Source of the DNA: Octopus vulgaris
Lineage: Eukaryota
NCBI GenBank assembly: GCA_951406725.2
Contig: OX597817.1
Coordinates: 15,376,001-15,440,000, forward strand
Reading direction: 5' to 3'
Length of the DNA: 64,000 nt
Positions 39,382-52,343 of this stretch are shown here, one piece after another (position 1 is the stretch's first letter; the number at the start of each line of letters is the position of its first letter). A program made the translations under genes and the position numbers. The notes under the pieces are model-generated. The model was not told the DNA's origin, did no database searches, and worked only from the letters and a program-made list of their open reading frames with translations.

Positions 39382-39819
39382 CAAGTCATGAGAGTGAAAG
39401 TAGGTGTTCTCTAAATTTTGTATTCTCTCGACGAGACACCAAAAGCCTTATTATATCTTAGAGAGAAAGTTGTGATGTTCATTCCATTCTTGGGCACTTA
39501 ATGACTTGATTGAAAATTCCTTCAACCGAGAAACGAAACTGGGTCGCAGACTCGGTTTGTCGGGAAGCCTACTTCTCGCTACAACAACACTCTCCACGGC
39601 ACCAAACAAAAATATTGATTAAAAGAGATTATAAGACAGTAAATTATAAATTCTGAGATCTATGAAATCGAAACTTGCTACTGTTAACATCTTTCACTGA
39701 CGAATACGTCATCGGTCTGCTCGTCATCGAGCGGGAGGTAAACACACTGTGATGAACCTCGCGAGCCAGTTTCGATTCCTGGGTAAATATTTCTCACTTC
39801 ACTTTCGCTGTTAATGTCT
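39382..39819 (-). other. Candidate exon, CpG-rich
   Basis: Acceptor tttatttgttttcag|AGAC, donor TTG|gtaaat; 44 open codons DINSESEVRNIYPGIETGSRGSSQCVYLPLDDEQTDDVFVSERC* (39818-39684). Confidence 0.5.
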
Positions 39820-40387
39820 CTGAAAACAAATAAACGCCACACAATTGTACTGTCATTTTCCATATCTTTGTGGTCTTGTTTCTAAGGAATCAATATACTA
39901 TTTAAATAAGTTGTGAAAGACAGGAACGTATGGCTATATTCGAAGTGATTACATAACTAGAATATTGGTTTCTTTTGAAAAGACTTTTTTTTTTCAATTT
40001 TAGAAAGAGTGATAAATCAGAAGTTATCACTTTCTCTAGATTATTAATCATGCCCTTTTCTACATTATTAAGGGGATAAACGAAATCAAATACCGATACT
40101 TGAGGATCGAAACCGAGTTGCGCTTGAGGTTCATCGAGGGATTAGTTCTAAACTCTATAGCCACTCGCCACAATAACACAAGAATGTTGCTTTCTCTCCT
40201 CTCTTTTTGAAGGAAGGGAAAAGATTTTAGTCATCTAAAATCTCGATAAAAATCACTAATATTTTAAAAAAATGTAGATTGAATAAATTGTCAACACCTT
40301 ATAGAATATAAATTGCTCGAACATAAAACTACCATTGTGATTTCCTAATATACATACATATATATATATACATACATATATATACAT

Positions 40388-40480
<93 letters not shown>

Positions 40481-40537
40481 TACATATATATACATATATA
40501 CATGTATATATATATACATATATACATATATATATAT

Positions 40538-40593
<56 letters not shown>

Positions 40594-40655
40594 TAATAAT
40601 TAAGGGATCAGCAAAAGAAATGCATCACCACATACCGAAGTATTAATTATTGTTG

Positions 40656-40778
<123 letters not shown>

Positions 40779-41558
40779 AATCATTATAAAAAACGAATCC
40801 TATAAATATATTCAAATATGTTTAGCATCAATGAATTTTCGTTAGCTTAGTTTACAAGAACTAAGTGAAAGTTAAGGTAATCTCAGTCACATTATGAAAA
40901 CTACTAAATACATCAAATGTTTTGATTTTTTCTTGTGTTCATTTAAGCTGTCAGAGTGAAATTCCGAGGTGGGGGAAAAAACGATGATTCTTCATCAACA
41001 ATATAAGAATGTATTGAATGATTCAAAGTAAACAATGTTGCTGAAACAATTTTTCGGTTTAAAAAACATGGATTTAAAAAAAAAATCGAAACCTATATAT
41101 ACTTGTAACATTTTAAATTAATTTTGATATTTCAACAGTCGAGAATAGAAGCTTTGAAGAAGATTAATAATGAAAATAAAACTAAATTACGTTATGTAAA
41201 GATGAAAAAAAGTTTCATGAAAAACGTTATGGTTAAAATAAGGTTTCTTAATACAGATGTTTTGCTCGTGTTTGTTTTTAAAGGTAGCAATCGGTTGGTG
41301 ACGAATTATATTTCGAAAACTAATCAACACATTATCTATTTGCATATGAGCCAAAGCTGTGATAATTCTTGGTAAGAAGTACATAGGTATTTAAGGTAAC
41401 TAATATGATTAGTTGCCATCAGAAACGTAGATGTGTAGTTGATAATAATTCATTAGACAAGTGTTATATTTACATACATCGTATTGACATAACAGCTTGT
41501 CTGTTAGATAAGTACAGAGAAATAATTTTCTCATATAGATAATGTTTTTTGAACTCAC

Positions 41559-41896
41559 CTTTGGTATGCCACAGATCAAGTTAGATATGAAATAGGATGA
41601 TAATTCGAATAATGTAGGTACTTTTAAAAAGCCATCCCCCAAAAGCTTAGTGATCGTAGAGAGACTGGTAGTTGTAGTAGTTGTAGTAATAGTAGTGGTT
41701 GTTGTGATGATAATGGTAGTGGTGATGTAATGATGCTGGTGTTTGTGTTGGTGATAGTTTTGGTAACCAAACAGTAGCAGCCGTAGTACTCTGAGCTCAC
41801 TGTAACAAGAGGTGCTAAACAGTGGTACGAAGAAGACTTGCAGATGAAAAGGCTGTGAGGTCGATCACATCACTACGATCCACTAGATTCGAATAC
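41559..41896 (-). other. Candidate exon
   Basis: Consensus donor AAG|gtgagt; acceptor ttttcctcctcttactttccaaag| (alternative ttgttacag near 41800). Confidence 0.45.
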
Positions 41897-41944
41897 CTTT
41901 GGAAAGTAAGAGGAGGAAAATTGCCTTAAGTATCTCGTTTAGTG

Positions 41945-42001
<57 letters not shown>

Positions 42002-42399
42002 AGTTATAATCAGATAAGTTTAAAAATCCATAAATTAACTTTAAAAAATTCTACTAGTAACTCCTTTTCTTTATAATTAGGTAAAACGCCACACTTTCCA
42101 TGTTTATAATGTGAATGTAAACAGGAAAATCACTTGGAAATCGAACTATGAATATCGATGCCTTTTTATTAATTAATTTCAATCTCTATCAAAATAACTC
42201 TCACATGACTATTTTTATTAACATATATAGATCTTACCAGACTTTGCACATAGACTTGGGAATTACCCATTTTAGAAAGGCTATTCACACACTATACATC
42301 GCATATAAAACCATTTCTTTTTACACAGATCTATTGTTTAATGTATGATCGAATCTATGATGCAGGTTTCCACGGCTACATTAGACATTTCTAGTCATT

Positions 42400-42600
42400 T
42401 CTTTTCGGTTAACCTCGGGGGTTGTCGTTGGGAAACGGCAGCTGGTTTGATATGACGTCACAGGAAGTGCTACTTTGGGTTTATAGTCACGTTTAAGGAA
42501 CTGACCGCAATCGGTTGATAAGAACATAGTAAACTGCATCTCTTATCTTATATCTATTTAAGGCTGCTCATTGCTGACGTCTTTTTTTTTTTTTTTTTTT
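42400..42600. promoter_or_regulatory. Candidate (bidirectional) promoter
   Basis: Perfect CRE TGACGTCA (42453-42460) abutting ETS CAGGAAGTG (42461-42469), E-box CAGCTG, second TGACGTC near 42575; CpG-retaining, SINE-free region; minus donor CTG|gtaaga at 42238. Confidence 0.55.
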
Positions 42601-43466
42601 CTCTAGTGGCAGCAACAGCCTTCCTTCTTTTTTTTGATCTGTAATAAATATTGAATAGGCGAATGCAAGAAGCTTTTAAACGCTTCATCTTGTTTGCTTT
42701 GTTGTGGATAGAAAGAATAGAAGCAAAAACAGCTTCAGATAAAAATATTTCTTGCTGAGAGTGTCGTCGGTGACGCTGTACATATTTACTGCAATTATCT
42801 CTTTTTCCTCTCTCCTCTATTCATTAACCATTTCCGAAAATTACAGTATTTCCAAAGTACAACTTTCTGATTATTAAACTCGTGTAACCTTATGAATTTA
42901 GTTGACGAATCCAATTCTAAATTCTTTAGCTTTGTATATTTATATTTTCTAATATAATCCTATCTTTAATAATGTAATATTAATAATAATAAAAAAAATG
43001 ACATATATAAGAATTAAATGAGCAATCTGTTTACTTGAATATACGTAATGTTGTGGATGCTATTATTACGAACGTCACTATGTCTTGAAAAAAGCTCTTA
43101 ATATTGTCATAATTCGACATGCCTTTAGACAGCCACTACTACCACTAACCCTACTTGTTGATCTGATATTTGCAATACTAACATCAACAAATAATTAACA
43201 TAGCCGATCACCGAAGGAAGCAGATTTCTTTAAGTGGTGGCAACTAATAAAGAGAGGAAGGGCTGATATTGATTTGTTATATATATGTGTATATATATAT
43301 ATAATATATATATAAAAGGCTCTATATATATATATATATACTAGATACATAAATAGGGGATAAATTCATGAAATATATATATATACTTTATGAAAGAAAA
43401 AAGATGTTCAGAATGCTGGATGGTTGGTAAAAATATATATTTATTTACATATCATATTATTACTTC

Positions 43467-43499
43467 ATATTAGCGCTTTCAACTACTGTAGTTTCATCA

Positions 43500-43505
<6 letters not shown>
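43467..43505 (-). ncRNA. Minimal type I hammerhead ribozyme motif in a Penelope-like repeat fragment
   Basis: Minus: ATATT-CTGATGA-AACTA cag TAGTT-GAA-AGCGCT-A-ATAT; intact core, stem II, palindromic stem III. Confidence 0.65.
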
Positions 43506-43542
<37 letters not shown>

Positions 43543-43674
43543 TAAAATGGTAAGATAAAAAAGAAAGAAAGAGTCCTCAATATTATGTAAATAGAGGAAA
43601 TTTAGTTTCATAGAAATTATATGTATAAAACTCAGAGTTTTATCTTGACTATCGAGTAATGTAACATATAATTG

Positions 43675-43738
<64 letters not shown>

Positions 43739-44237
43739 GGGATTTTGAATTTTGTTGGAGTATGAATGGGAAGGTACCCAATTCAGAGCTTTTCCGAGGG
43801 TATTGAAAACAAAATTATGCCTTAGGAGTAAGGTTGGCACCTATGACTTTATTGCAGGACTTCCGAGATTTGTGTGTATGAGGGGGAAGGAATAAACCAC
43901 AACACCTAAGTTATTCTCAAATCAGGGACCTACAGTCAAATCCGCTAAAGGCACTCAGGGGCAAGGTGGTGAAAGTAGTGGTGCTCGAATGGGCAAAAAA
44001 TTCCATACATCTGCTATTCAAGAATAAGTACCGTCCTCTTTCAGACTTCTTTACTGCTTCTGTCCACTCTATACTCAAGGCAAAGGAAATAGTTCCAAAT
44101 TGGAAGTGAAACCAAATTTTGAACCGTTCTTTAAGACTGTATTGCAAGTCTGTTGAGGAAGAGAATTGCAATTACCTATTTTATTGACCTGAGAGAGAAA
44201 GTGAGAGAATGAAAAGCAAAGTTGACCTTGCAGAATT

Positions 44238-44530
44238 TCATCATCATCATCATCATCATTGTTTAACGTCCGTTCTCCATGCTAGCATGGGTTGGACGGT
44301 TCGACCGGGGATCTGGGAAGCCAGAAGGCTGCACCAGGCTCCGGTCTTATCTGGCAATGTTTCTACAGCTGGATGCCCTTCCTAACGCCAACCACTCCGT
44401 GAGTGTAGTGGGTGCTTTTTACGTGCCACCTGCACTGGTGCCAGGCGAGGCTGGCATCGGCCACGGTCGGATTGGTGCATTTTACATGCCACCTGCACGG
44501 AAGCCAGTCGAGGCGGCACTGGCTTCGGCC
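44238..44530 (-). mobile_element. SINE family C
   Basis: (CAT)n and reverse tail. Confidence 0.85.
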
Positions 44531-44751
44531 TAAAAAAAATGACATAATTTGAGTTTATAAAATGTAGATGCACGAATCTAAATACTGTATGTCATTTTTA
44601 CAGGTTCATAAATAAGCATAAGCACAAAGCTGCACATATTAGGGAAGAAGCTTAGCCAATTCAGATGATAACAGTACTTGAATGATACTGATACTGGAAG
44701 AAAGGAAAGGTAAAGTTAACTTTGGCAGAATTTGAATTTAGAATGCAAAAG

Positions 44752-45147
44752 GGTGGCTGTGTGGTAAGTAGCTTGCTTATGAACCACATGGTTCCGGGTT
44801 CAGTCCCACTGCGTGGCACCTTGGGTAAGTGTCTTCTACTATAGCCTCGGGCTGACCAAAGCCTTGTGAGTGGATTTGGTAGACGGAAACTGAAAGAATC
44901 CCGTCGTATATATGTATATATATATGTGTGTGTGTTTGTGTGTCTGTGTTTGTCCCTCCAACATCGCTTGACAACTGACGGTGGTGTGTTTACGTCCCCA
45001 TCACTTAGCGGTTCGGCAAAAGAGACCGATAGAATAAGTACTAGGCTTACAAAGAATAAGTCCTGGGGTCGGAATGCTCGACTAAAGGCGGTGCTCCAGC
45101 ATGGCCGCAGTCAAATGACTGAAACAAGTAAAAGAGTAAAAGAGTAA
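44752..45147 (+). mobile_element. SINE family A
   Basis: Near full-length match. Confidence 0.9.
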
Positions 45148-45574
45148 ACACACTGTTCATTCGGTCACCAGTATAAAAATAAAGTCCCTGAAAGGATGAA
45201 ACATAAAGTCAGCCTTGGAGGAATTTGAACTCAGAATGTAAAGAACCAGAAGAAATGCTGCTAAGCATTTTATCTGGTGTGATAACAATTCTGTCAGTTC
45301 ACCTCCTTAATAATGTTTTCAAATTTTGGCATGAGGTCAGCAGGTTTGATAGAGAGGCTAAGTCTATTAAATTGACCCTAGTTTTCAACTGCTTCTTATT
45401 TTATCAACACCAAAAGGATGCAAAGGCAAAATCAACCTCAGCGGAATTTGAACTGAGAATGCAAAGACAGACAAAATGCTGCAAAGTATTTCAGTTGGTG
45501 TGCTTATGATTCAGCCAGCTCACCACCTTAGTTCACCTCCTTAATAATAATAATAATAATAATAATAATGATGA

Positions 45575-45915
45575 TGTCTCTAAAAGAAATGGAGAAACTC
45601 TCAAAATACAAAGACCTGGAAATAGAGGTAACCAGAATGTGAAATCTAAAAACAGAAACAATTCCTATCATAATAGGTGCATTAGGCATGATGAAAAAAT
45701 ATTCAGACAAATACATAACAAAGACACCAGGACTTACAAACACATATAACATACAGAAAATTGCACTACTAGGCACTGCACACATCATACGCAGAACACT
45801 TTCCATACAGTAACCATCAGAGCATCACAACAAATCACAGCACATACCTAAGGCACACAGAGCTGCGCTCGGTAGTGAAGTGAAAGCATGCTATAAAAAA
45901 TATACTACTGAATGA
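45575..45915 (+). mobile_element. R4/Dong-clade LINE 3' end in (TAA)n
   Basis: KEMEKLSKYKDLEIEVTRM*NLKTETIPIIIGALG...IQKIALLGTAHIIRRTL, 3' UTR, (TAA)n tail. Confidence 0.85.
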
Positions 45916-46563
45916 TAATAATAATAATAACAACAACAACAATCCTTTCTGCTATAGGCACAAGGCCTGAAATTTCGGGGAAGAGGATTAGTCAACCGCA
46001 TTGACCCCAGTGTTTCACTGGTACTTAATTTATCAACCCAGAAAGGATGTAAGCCAAAGTTGACCTTGGTGGAATTTGAACTCAGAATGTAGCAATGAGC
46101 AAAATAAATAATAATAATAATAATGATGATGATAATAATAATAATAATAATAATAATGGTTTCAAATTTTGTCTGAAGGGCAGCAATTTTTGGGGAGGAG
46201 ATACGTTGATTACATCGACCCCAGTGCGTAACTGGTACTTATTTTATCGACCCCAAAAGGATGAAAGCAAAGTTGACCTCGGCGGAATTTGAACTCAGAA
46301 TGTAGTGACGGGTGAAATAAATAAATAAATAAATAATAATAATAATAGATATTCAAATTTTGGCACAAGGCCAGCATTTTGAGGAGAGGAGAGGGGGCAA
46401 GTTTATTACATAAAGCCCAGGATTTAACTAATATGTTCCTTTTTTTTTATTTACTGCAGAGAGATGTAAAGGCAAAGTTGACCTTGGTGGAATTTGAACT
46501 CAGAACTTAAAGAATCAGAAGAAATACTGCAATAATAATAATGATAATAATAATAATAATGAT

Positions 46564-47115
46564 GCCCTGATGCAGTACCAGACAGTGGCTCTCATGGCTT
46601 CTTATTTTAACTGATTAGATGTGTTATCATGTACATTCTTTTGTCTTGGTATGAAAGATAGGCCACAGCAAATATTCTGTTCAATACAACAGATTTGCTC
46701 GTCAGTTGTTTGACCATAACCATTTGAGCATGTCCCTTAGTGGCTGACAATACGTTCGTCTCTGATCATGAGCATAAGTAGTGGGGGGAATCATAGCCAT
46801 GTTTTGAGAGGAATTCTTTGGGGTTTGGATAATTCGCCTCTGGAAACATGGCTTTTTGTTCAATATCTTTAAACAACCCTTATTGAAGGACCCTTTGAGT
46901 AGGATGGGCAACTTGACCTGAAGACAATTCTAACTGGGCCCCACCTGCAAGGTCATGTGCTGTTTATTTTGATATGAGATCATCATGCCATGCACATATG
47001 GTTGTAATGCATGTGCCTGGTGTACCCTTATCGGACAGGTAGTCTTGATGGGTATACTGGGCTTCGTATATTTTACCTCAGTGTCACTTTGATGGCATGC
47101 ACAACTCTCTCATTC
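46564..47115 (+). mobile_element. Second copy of the ~555-bp (TAA)n-associated element
   Basis: Collinear with 7696-8249. Confidence 0.8.
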
Positions 47116-47130
47116 AATAATAATGATAAT

Positions 47131-49180
47131 AAGCAATTGGAAAGTAACAGGACCTGATGGTGTACAGGGATGTTGGATAAAAATGTTTGGTAGTTGCCAT
47201 AAATTGATTGCAGAGCAATTTAATGCAATGATCAATGGAAAAGAAGAAATCCTGAGCAGGTTGACAAAAGGACAAATGGTGTTGTGTCTGAAGGATGCAT
47301 CAAAGGGAAATGCTAGTAACAATTACAGACCAATTTCTTACCTCTCATTAATGTGGAAGTTACTGTCAGGAGGAATTGCAGAAGAACTGTGCAAATATCT
47401 TGAAGAGAATGATATATTACTGCTGGAACAAAAAGGCTGTAGAAGGAGATGCAGAGGTATCAAAGATCAATTATTGATGGACAAAATGTTAATGCAAGAT
47501 TGTAAACAAAGGAGAACATATTTGGGAATGGTCTGGATTGACTATCACAAAGTTTATGATATGATTCCACATTCATGGATCATCGAGTGCTTAGACCTGT
47601 TTGTAATTGCAAGGAATGTAATGTGTTTCATGAAGAGAAGTATGATGGGGTGGAAAACTGAACTGACATCTTATGGAAAAAGCTTTGGCACCCTGGGTAT
47701 CAGAAGAGGGATTTTCCGGGGCAATAGTTTATCTCTGTTGCTTTTTGTTCTCTGCATGACACCCATGAACTTGGTACTTATGAAAATGAACCTGGGGTAC
47801 CAACTAAACTAAAAATTTCAAACAATCAACCTCCTCCTCTTCATGGATGATTTGAAACCGAATGGCAAGGATGAGACACAAGTGAGTTCCTTGATGAACA
47901 CAGTCCACTGTTTTAGTACAGATATTAGAATGTAATTTGGACTCAAGAAGTGCAGAATAATCTACACAAAAGAAGCAAGGTACAGTCCCTAGCAGGGATA
48001 GAATTACCAAATAGAGACTTAACTAAACAAATTGAAATGGAAGGCTACAAATACTTTGGTGTACTTGAGCTCAATGAAAAAATGGTGAAGGAAATGAAAG
48101 AGCAACTGAGGATGGAATATTTCTGATGACTAAGGTTGGTGTTGTACTCAAAATTGACAGGATGGAATAGCATCACCTTGGTATGGAGCGGGAATTATAA
48201 GATGGCAAAAGAGCAAAGTGATGAAAATGGATACTAAGACCAGAAAAATGTTGACAGTACATGGAAGCTTCCATTCTTGGAGTGATGCCAATAGGCTGTA
48301 CTTGTCCAGAAGAAAGGAGAAAGGGTGGGAGAGGTTTGATCAGTTGCCAGGACTGTATTGAAACAGAAGAAAACAGCTTAGGGTAGTATATAAAAAATGT
48401 TGTGGAGCCATTGTTGAAACACATGAAGAAGGTTGGCATCATCAAAACTGAAAATTGTGTAATGAAAGGAAAATTTTAAGAAGAAATGAACCAATAAAAA
48501 AAAAAAAGAAAGAAAAAGCATGGGAGGAAAAAAATATGGTACAGTCAGTTTGCAAGAGATGTTAACTCCAAGACAGATACTGAGGACTGGTGGCTATGGA
48601 TAAGGAGGAGTGACCTGAAGATAGAGACAGGGCACTCATATGCACAGCTCAAGAACTAGTGTGAAGGACCAACTAAAGGAAGGGCAGAATAGACAGCACT
48701 GTCAACAGTGACAAATGCAGAATGTGTGGTGAGAGGGGTGAAATGGTATGGTAGTGAATGCCCAAAATTGGCACAACAGGAATACAAAAGACAGCATGAT
48801 AATGTGACAAGAATGGTCCATTGGGAGCCCTGTGGAAATCACGGCCTACAAGGAGTAAAGACATGGCATGAGCAAACCCCAGAAGGAGTCACCAAGAATG
48901 AGAATTGCAAAATCCTGTGGGATACAATAAATCAATGTGATCACCTGACCAGACATTGTTGGAATGAATAAAAAAGAAAGAACATGCATGATAATTGACA
49001 TAGCATGCCCCAGCGACAATAGGATCAATTTGAAAGAAGAAGAAAAAATAAACAACTATGACGATTTGAAGTGGAAAATACAAAGGTTGTGGTCAATGAG
49101 GAAAGTAGATGTGATACCAATAGTAACTGGCGCACTTGGAAGTATCAGCACTCTACTACCAACAATAGTTGAAAAAGATT
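47131..49180 (+). mobile_element. 5'-truncated, degraded R4/Dong-clade LINE (RT + CCHC + restriction-like endonuclease)
   Basis: NWKVTGPDGVQG, NYRPIS, EQKGCRR, WIDYHKVYDMIPHSW, GIFRGNSLS, LLFMDDLK; DKCRMCG..CPKLAQQEYKRQHD; IIDIACP..KEEEKI..IPIVTGALG; many stops/frameshifts; cut by the gap. Confidence 0.92.
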
Positions 49181-49280
49181 NNNNNNNNNNNNNNNNNNNN
49201 NNNNNNNNNNNNNNNNNNNNNNNNNNNNNNNNNNNNNNNNNNNNNNNNNNNNNNNNNNNNNNNNNNNNNNNNNNNNNNNN
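49181..49280. other. Assembly gap (100 N)
   Basis: Run of N. Confidence 1.
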
Positions 49281-49969
49281 CATAGGAGAAAGGAAAGATC
49301 CCGAGAAGGGAAGGCAGAGGAAAAAAAAAATCGCCGGTGGTACTCACGAGGTCACATACTGTATGTATGTATGTATGTATGTATGTATGTATGTATGTAT
49401 GTATGTATGTATGTATGAGTGTGTGTATATGTGTTTGTATTTATCGGTGTTTGTACCTCTACCGCTTAACAACCGGTGTTGGTTTGTTTCGTCCTCGTGA
49501 CTTAGCGGTTCGGCAGAAGATTCTGATAGAATAAGTACCAGATTTTAAAAGATAGATACTTGGGTGAGTTTGTCCGACTAAAACCCCTACAAAGCAGTGC
49601 TCTGGCATGACTGAAACAAGCAAAATATAAAAATAATATCTAGATGCAACCATTTAGAAATTATGACCAGGAACTGTTGTGTTCTAATTTCATTTAGTTT
49701 TCTTGTAATCAAGACATCCTGGGATTACCTGAGTCCTCGAAGAGATCAGCGAATCGTGGCCAGCAACAAACGTTCTACGTTTTGCTAAAGCCATGGATGA
49801 GGAGTTAAAAGTCATTGGATTTACTCTCATAATTGTAACAGATTTCCATGCTTCCATATTTTATGCCTTGAGTAAATAGCTTATTTCTCCATCTACAATA
49901 TTGTATGTGGTTTAACTTAAAAGACGTATATTAAATAATTAGAGAACTGAATCTTTTTTTAACATCTCT

Positions 49970-50183
49970 CTCTCTTTTCTCTTTTACTTGTTTCAGTCAT
50001 TTGACTGCGGCCATGCTGGAGCACCGCCTTTAGTCGAGCAAATCGACCCCCGAGACTTATTCTTTGTAAGCCTAGTACTTATTCTATCAGTCCTCTTTTG
50101 CCGAACCGCTAAGTGACGGGGACGTAAACACACCACCATCGGTTGTCAAGCAATGCTAGGGGGACAAACACAGACACACAAAC

Positions 50184-50253
<70 letters not shown>

Positions 50254-50416
50254 GACAGGCTTCTTTCAGTTTCCGTCTACCAAATCCACTCACAAGGCAT
50301 TGGTCGGCCCGGGGCTATAGCAGAAGACACTTGCCCAAGATGCCACGCAGTGGGACTGAACCCGGAACCATGTGGTTGGTTAGCAAGCTACTTACCACAC
50401 AGCCACTCCTGCGCCT
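49970..50416 (-). mobile_element. SINE family A
   Basis: Full-length reverse copy. Confidence 0.9.
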
Positions 50417-50649
50417 GTAGATACGATTTTAGTTGGATATGAAAATTAATCAGACACTTTGTAGTTGTGTAGAATAGAGAAAGAGTTGTGAGTCACTGCT
50501 TGACGCTAATTAACTTGTTAGAAATAGCAACCAAGTCACCTCAAATCACATTCTATCACCTTTGCCCAGGGCTGGCGTCTAGGGTTGCTGGCGCCCGGGG
50601 TAAGCTGAACTTCGGCGCCCTTACAAGTATAATTTTTTAAAACTTTCAC

Positions 50650-51396
50650 AGGGAGAAAAATGAAAAGTGGTCGACTTTCTCCTGTGGCATCTCCGAGATG
50701 GTGATGTTGAGGCCTGGAGTTTCCTGACTTAGAACTGGTTGTGCCAGGAATTTTGTCTTTCTGATATTGACTTTTAGGCCAAACCGAGTGTAAGTATTGG
50801 TGAAGTTATTCGCCAATTGTCGAAGTTGTTCACTGGAGTGGCAGACTACTGCGTTGTCATCGGCATATTGAAGTTCAGTGATTTTTTGCTTCTTGGTCAG
50901 TTTTCGTGACTTCAATCTGGCAAATTTGAACCCCCCCACCACCGTCATATCAGTACCTAATGTTGACTCCTAAATTGTCCGAAAGCAGTTCATGAAACCT
51001 TGCTGTAAGGTACAGGGAGAAGAGCATCGGGGGTCAAAACGCATTCTTGTTTTAACCCTCTAATGATGGGGAAGTCCTCAGGCAGTTGAGTTGGATGGAA
51101 GATGGTTCCAATCATACCGTTATGTAATCCCTGTACTAGGGAGATGAACTGATCGGGGCAGCCGAAGCATCGGAGGACCTTCCACATTGCAGGCCTTGGG
51201 ACGATATCAAAGGCCTTTTCGAGATCGTAGAAAACAAAATAGAGAGGTTTTTGTTGTTCACTACTCTTTTCTTGTATTTGTCGAGCACAAAAGATCATGT
51301 GAGTTGTCTCTCTGAATGGTCGAAATCCACATTGCTCTCCAACTCAGGGGAAATCTTTGCAAGGCTCCTTCTGGATCGTCTCACCAAAGAGTATGC
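50650..51396 (-). mobile_element. RTE-clade LINE reverse transcriptase fragment with inverted 5' piece
   Basis: QCGFRP, MIFCARQIQEK, FYDLEKAFD, GLKQECVL, ELQYADD, FGLKVNIRKTK; plus-strand LLSNSGEIFARLLLDRL at 51332-51396. Confidence 0.9.
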
Positions 51397-51888
51397 AATT
51401 TTTAAAAATTAGTATTCTTTTGTCTTTTATCCTTTACTGGCTTCATTTATTAGGCTGCGGCCATGCTGGGGCACACCTTGAAGAATTTTCAGTCAAATGA
51501 ATTAACTCCAGTACTTTTTTTTTAAGCCTGGTACTTTTTCTAGGGACGTAAACACACCAAGACCGGTTGTCAAATGGTGGTGGGGGACAAATACAAATAC
51601 GAAGATACACACACACACACAGAGTTTCCGTCAACCAAGTCTACCCCACCCACGAGACTTTTGACCAGCCCACTGCTATTGTAGAAGACACTTGCCTAGG
51701 GTGCCACGCAGTGGGACTGTACCCGGAAGCAAACTCCTTACTACACAACCACTCACGATTTAGTTTTCATTTCCAATATGTTCAGTCGAAATATCTAATT
51801 AAATTTTCCTCCAAATTTTTGCATTGATTAATGATTTTCTAGTTGTCTGTCGTTTCCATAAAGTATAAAAGTACTATTGATGTAAGCA

Positions 51889-52055
51889 TAGGCGCAGGAG
51901 TGGCTGTGTGGTAGGTAGCTTGCTTACCAACCACATGGTTCCGGGTTCATTCCCACTGCGTGGCACCTTGGGCAAGTGTCTTCTACTATAGCCGCGGGCC
52001 GACCAAAGCCTTGTGAGAGGATTTGGTAGACGGAAACTGAAAGAAGCCTGTCGTA

Positions 52056-52114
<59 letters not shown>

Positions 52115-52343
52115 TTGTGTGTGTATTTATGTGTTTGTGTTTGTCCACTCAACATCGCTTGACAACCGATGGTGGTGTGTTTACGTCCCCGTAACATAGC
52201 GGTTTTTGCAAATGACACCGATAGAATAAGTACTAGGCTTACAAAGAATAAGTCCTGGGGTCGATGCGCTCGACTAAAGGCGGTGCTCCAGCATGGCCAG
52301 TCAAATGACTGAAACAAGTGAAAGAGTAAAAGAGAGTAAAGAG
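51889..52343 (+). mobile_element. SINE family A
   Basis: Full-length. Confidence 0.9.

Noticed and set aside
43735-44175. Coding exon in moderately GC-rich unique-looking DNA
   Set aside because: Open stretches are short in all frames, no recognisable motif, begins inside (TA)n like other repeat fragments
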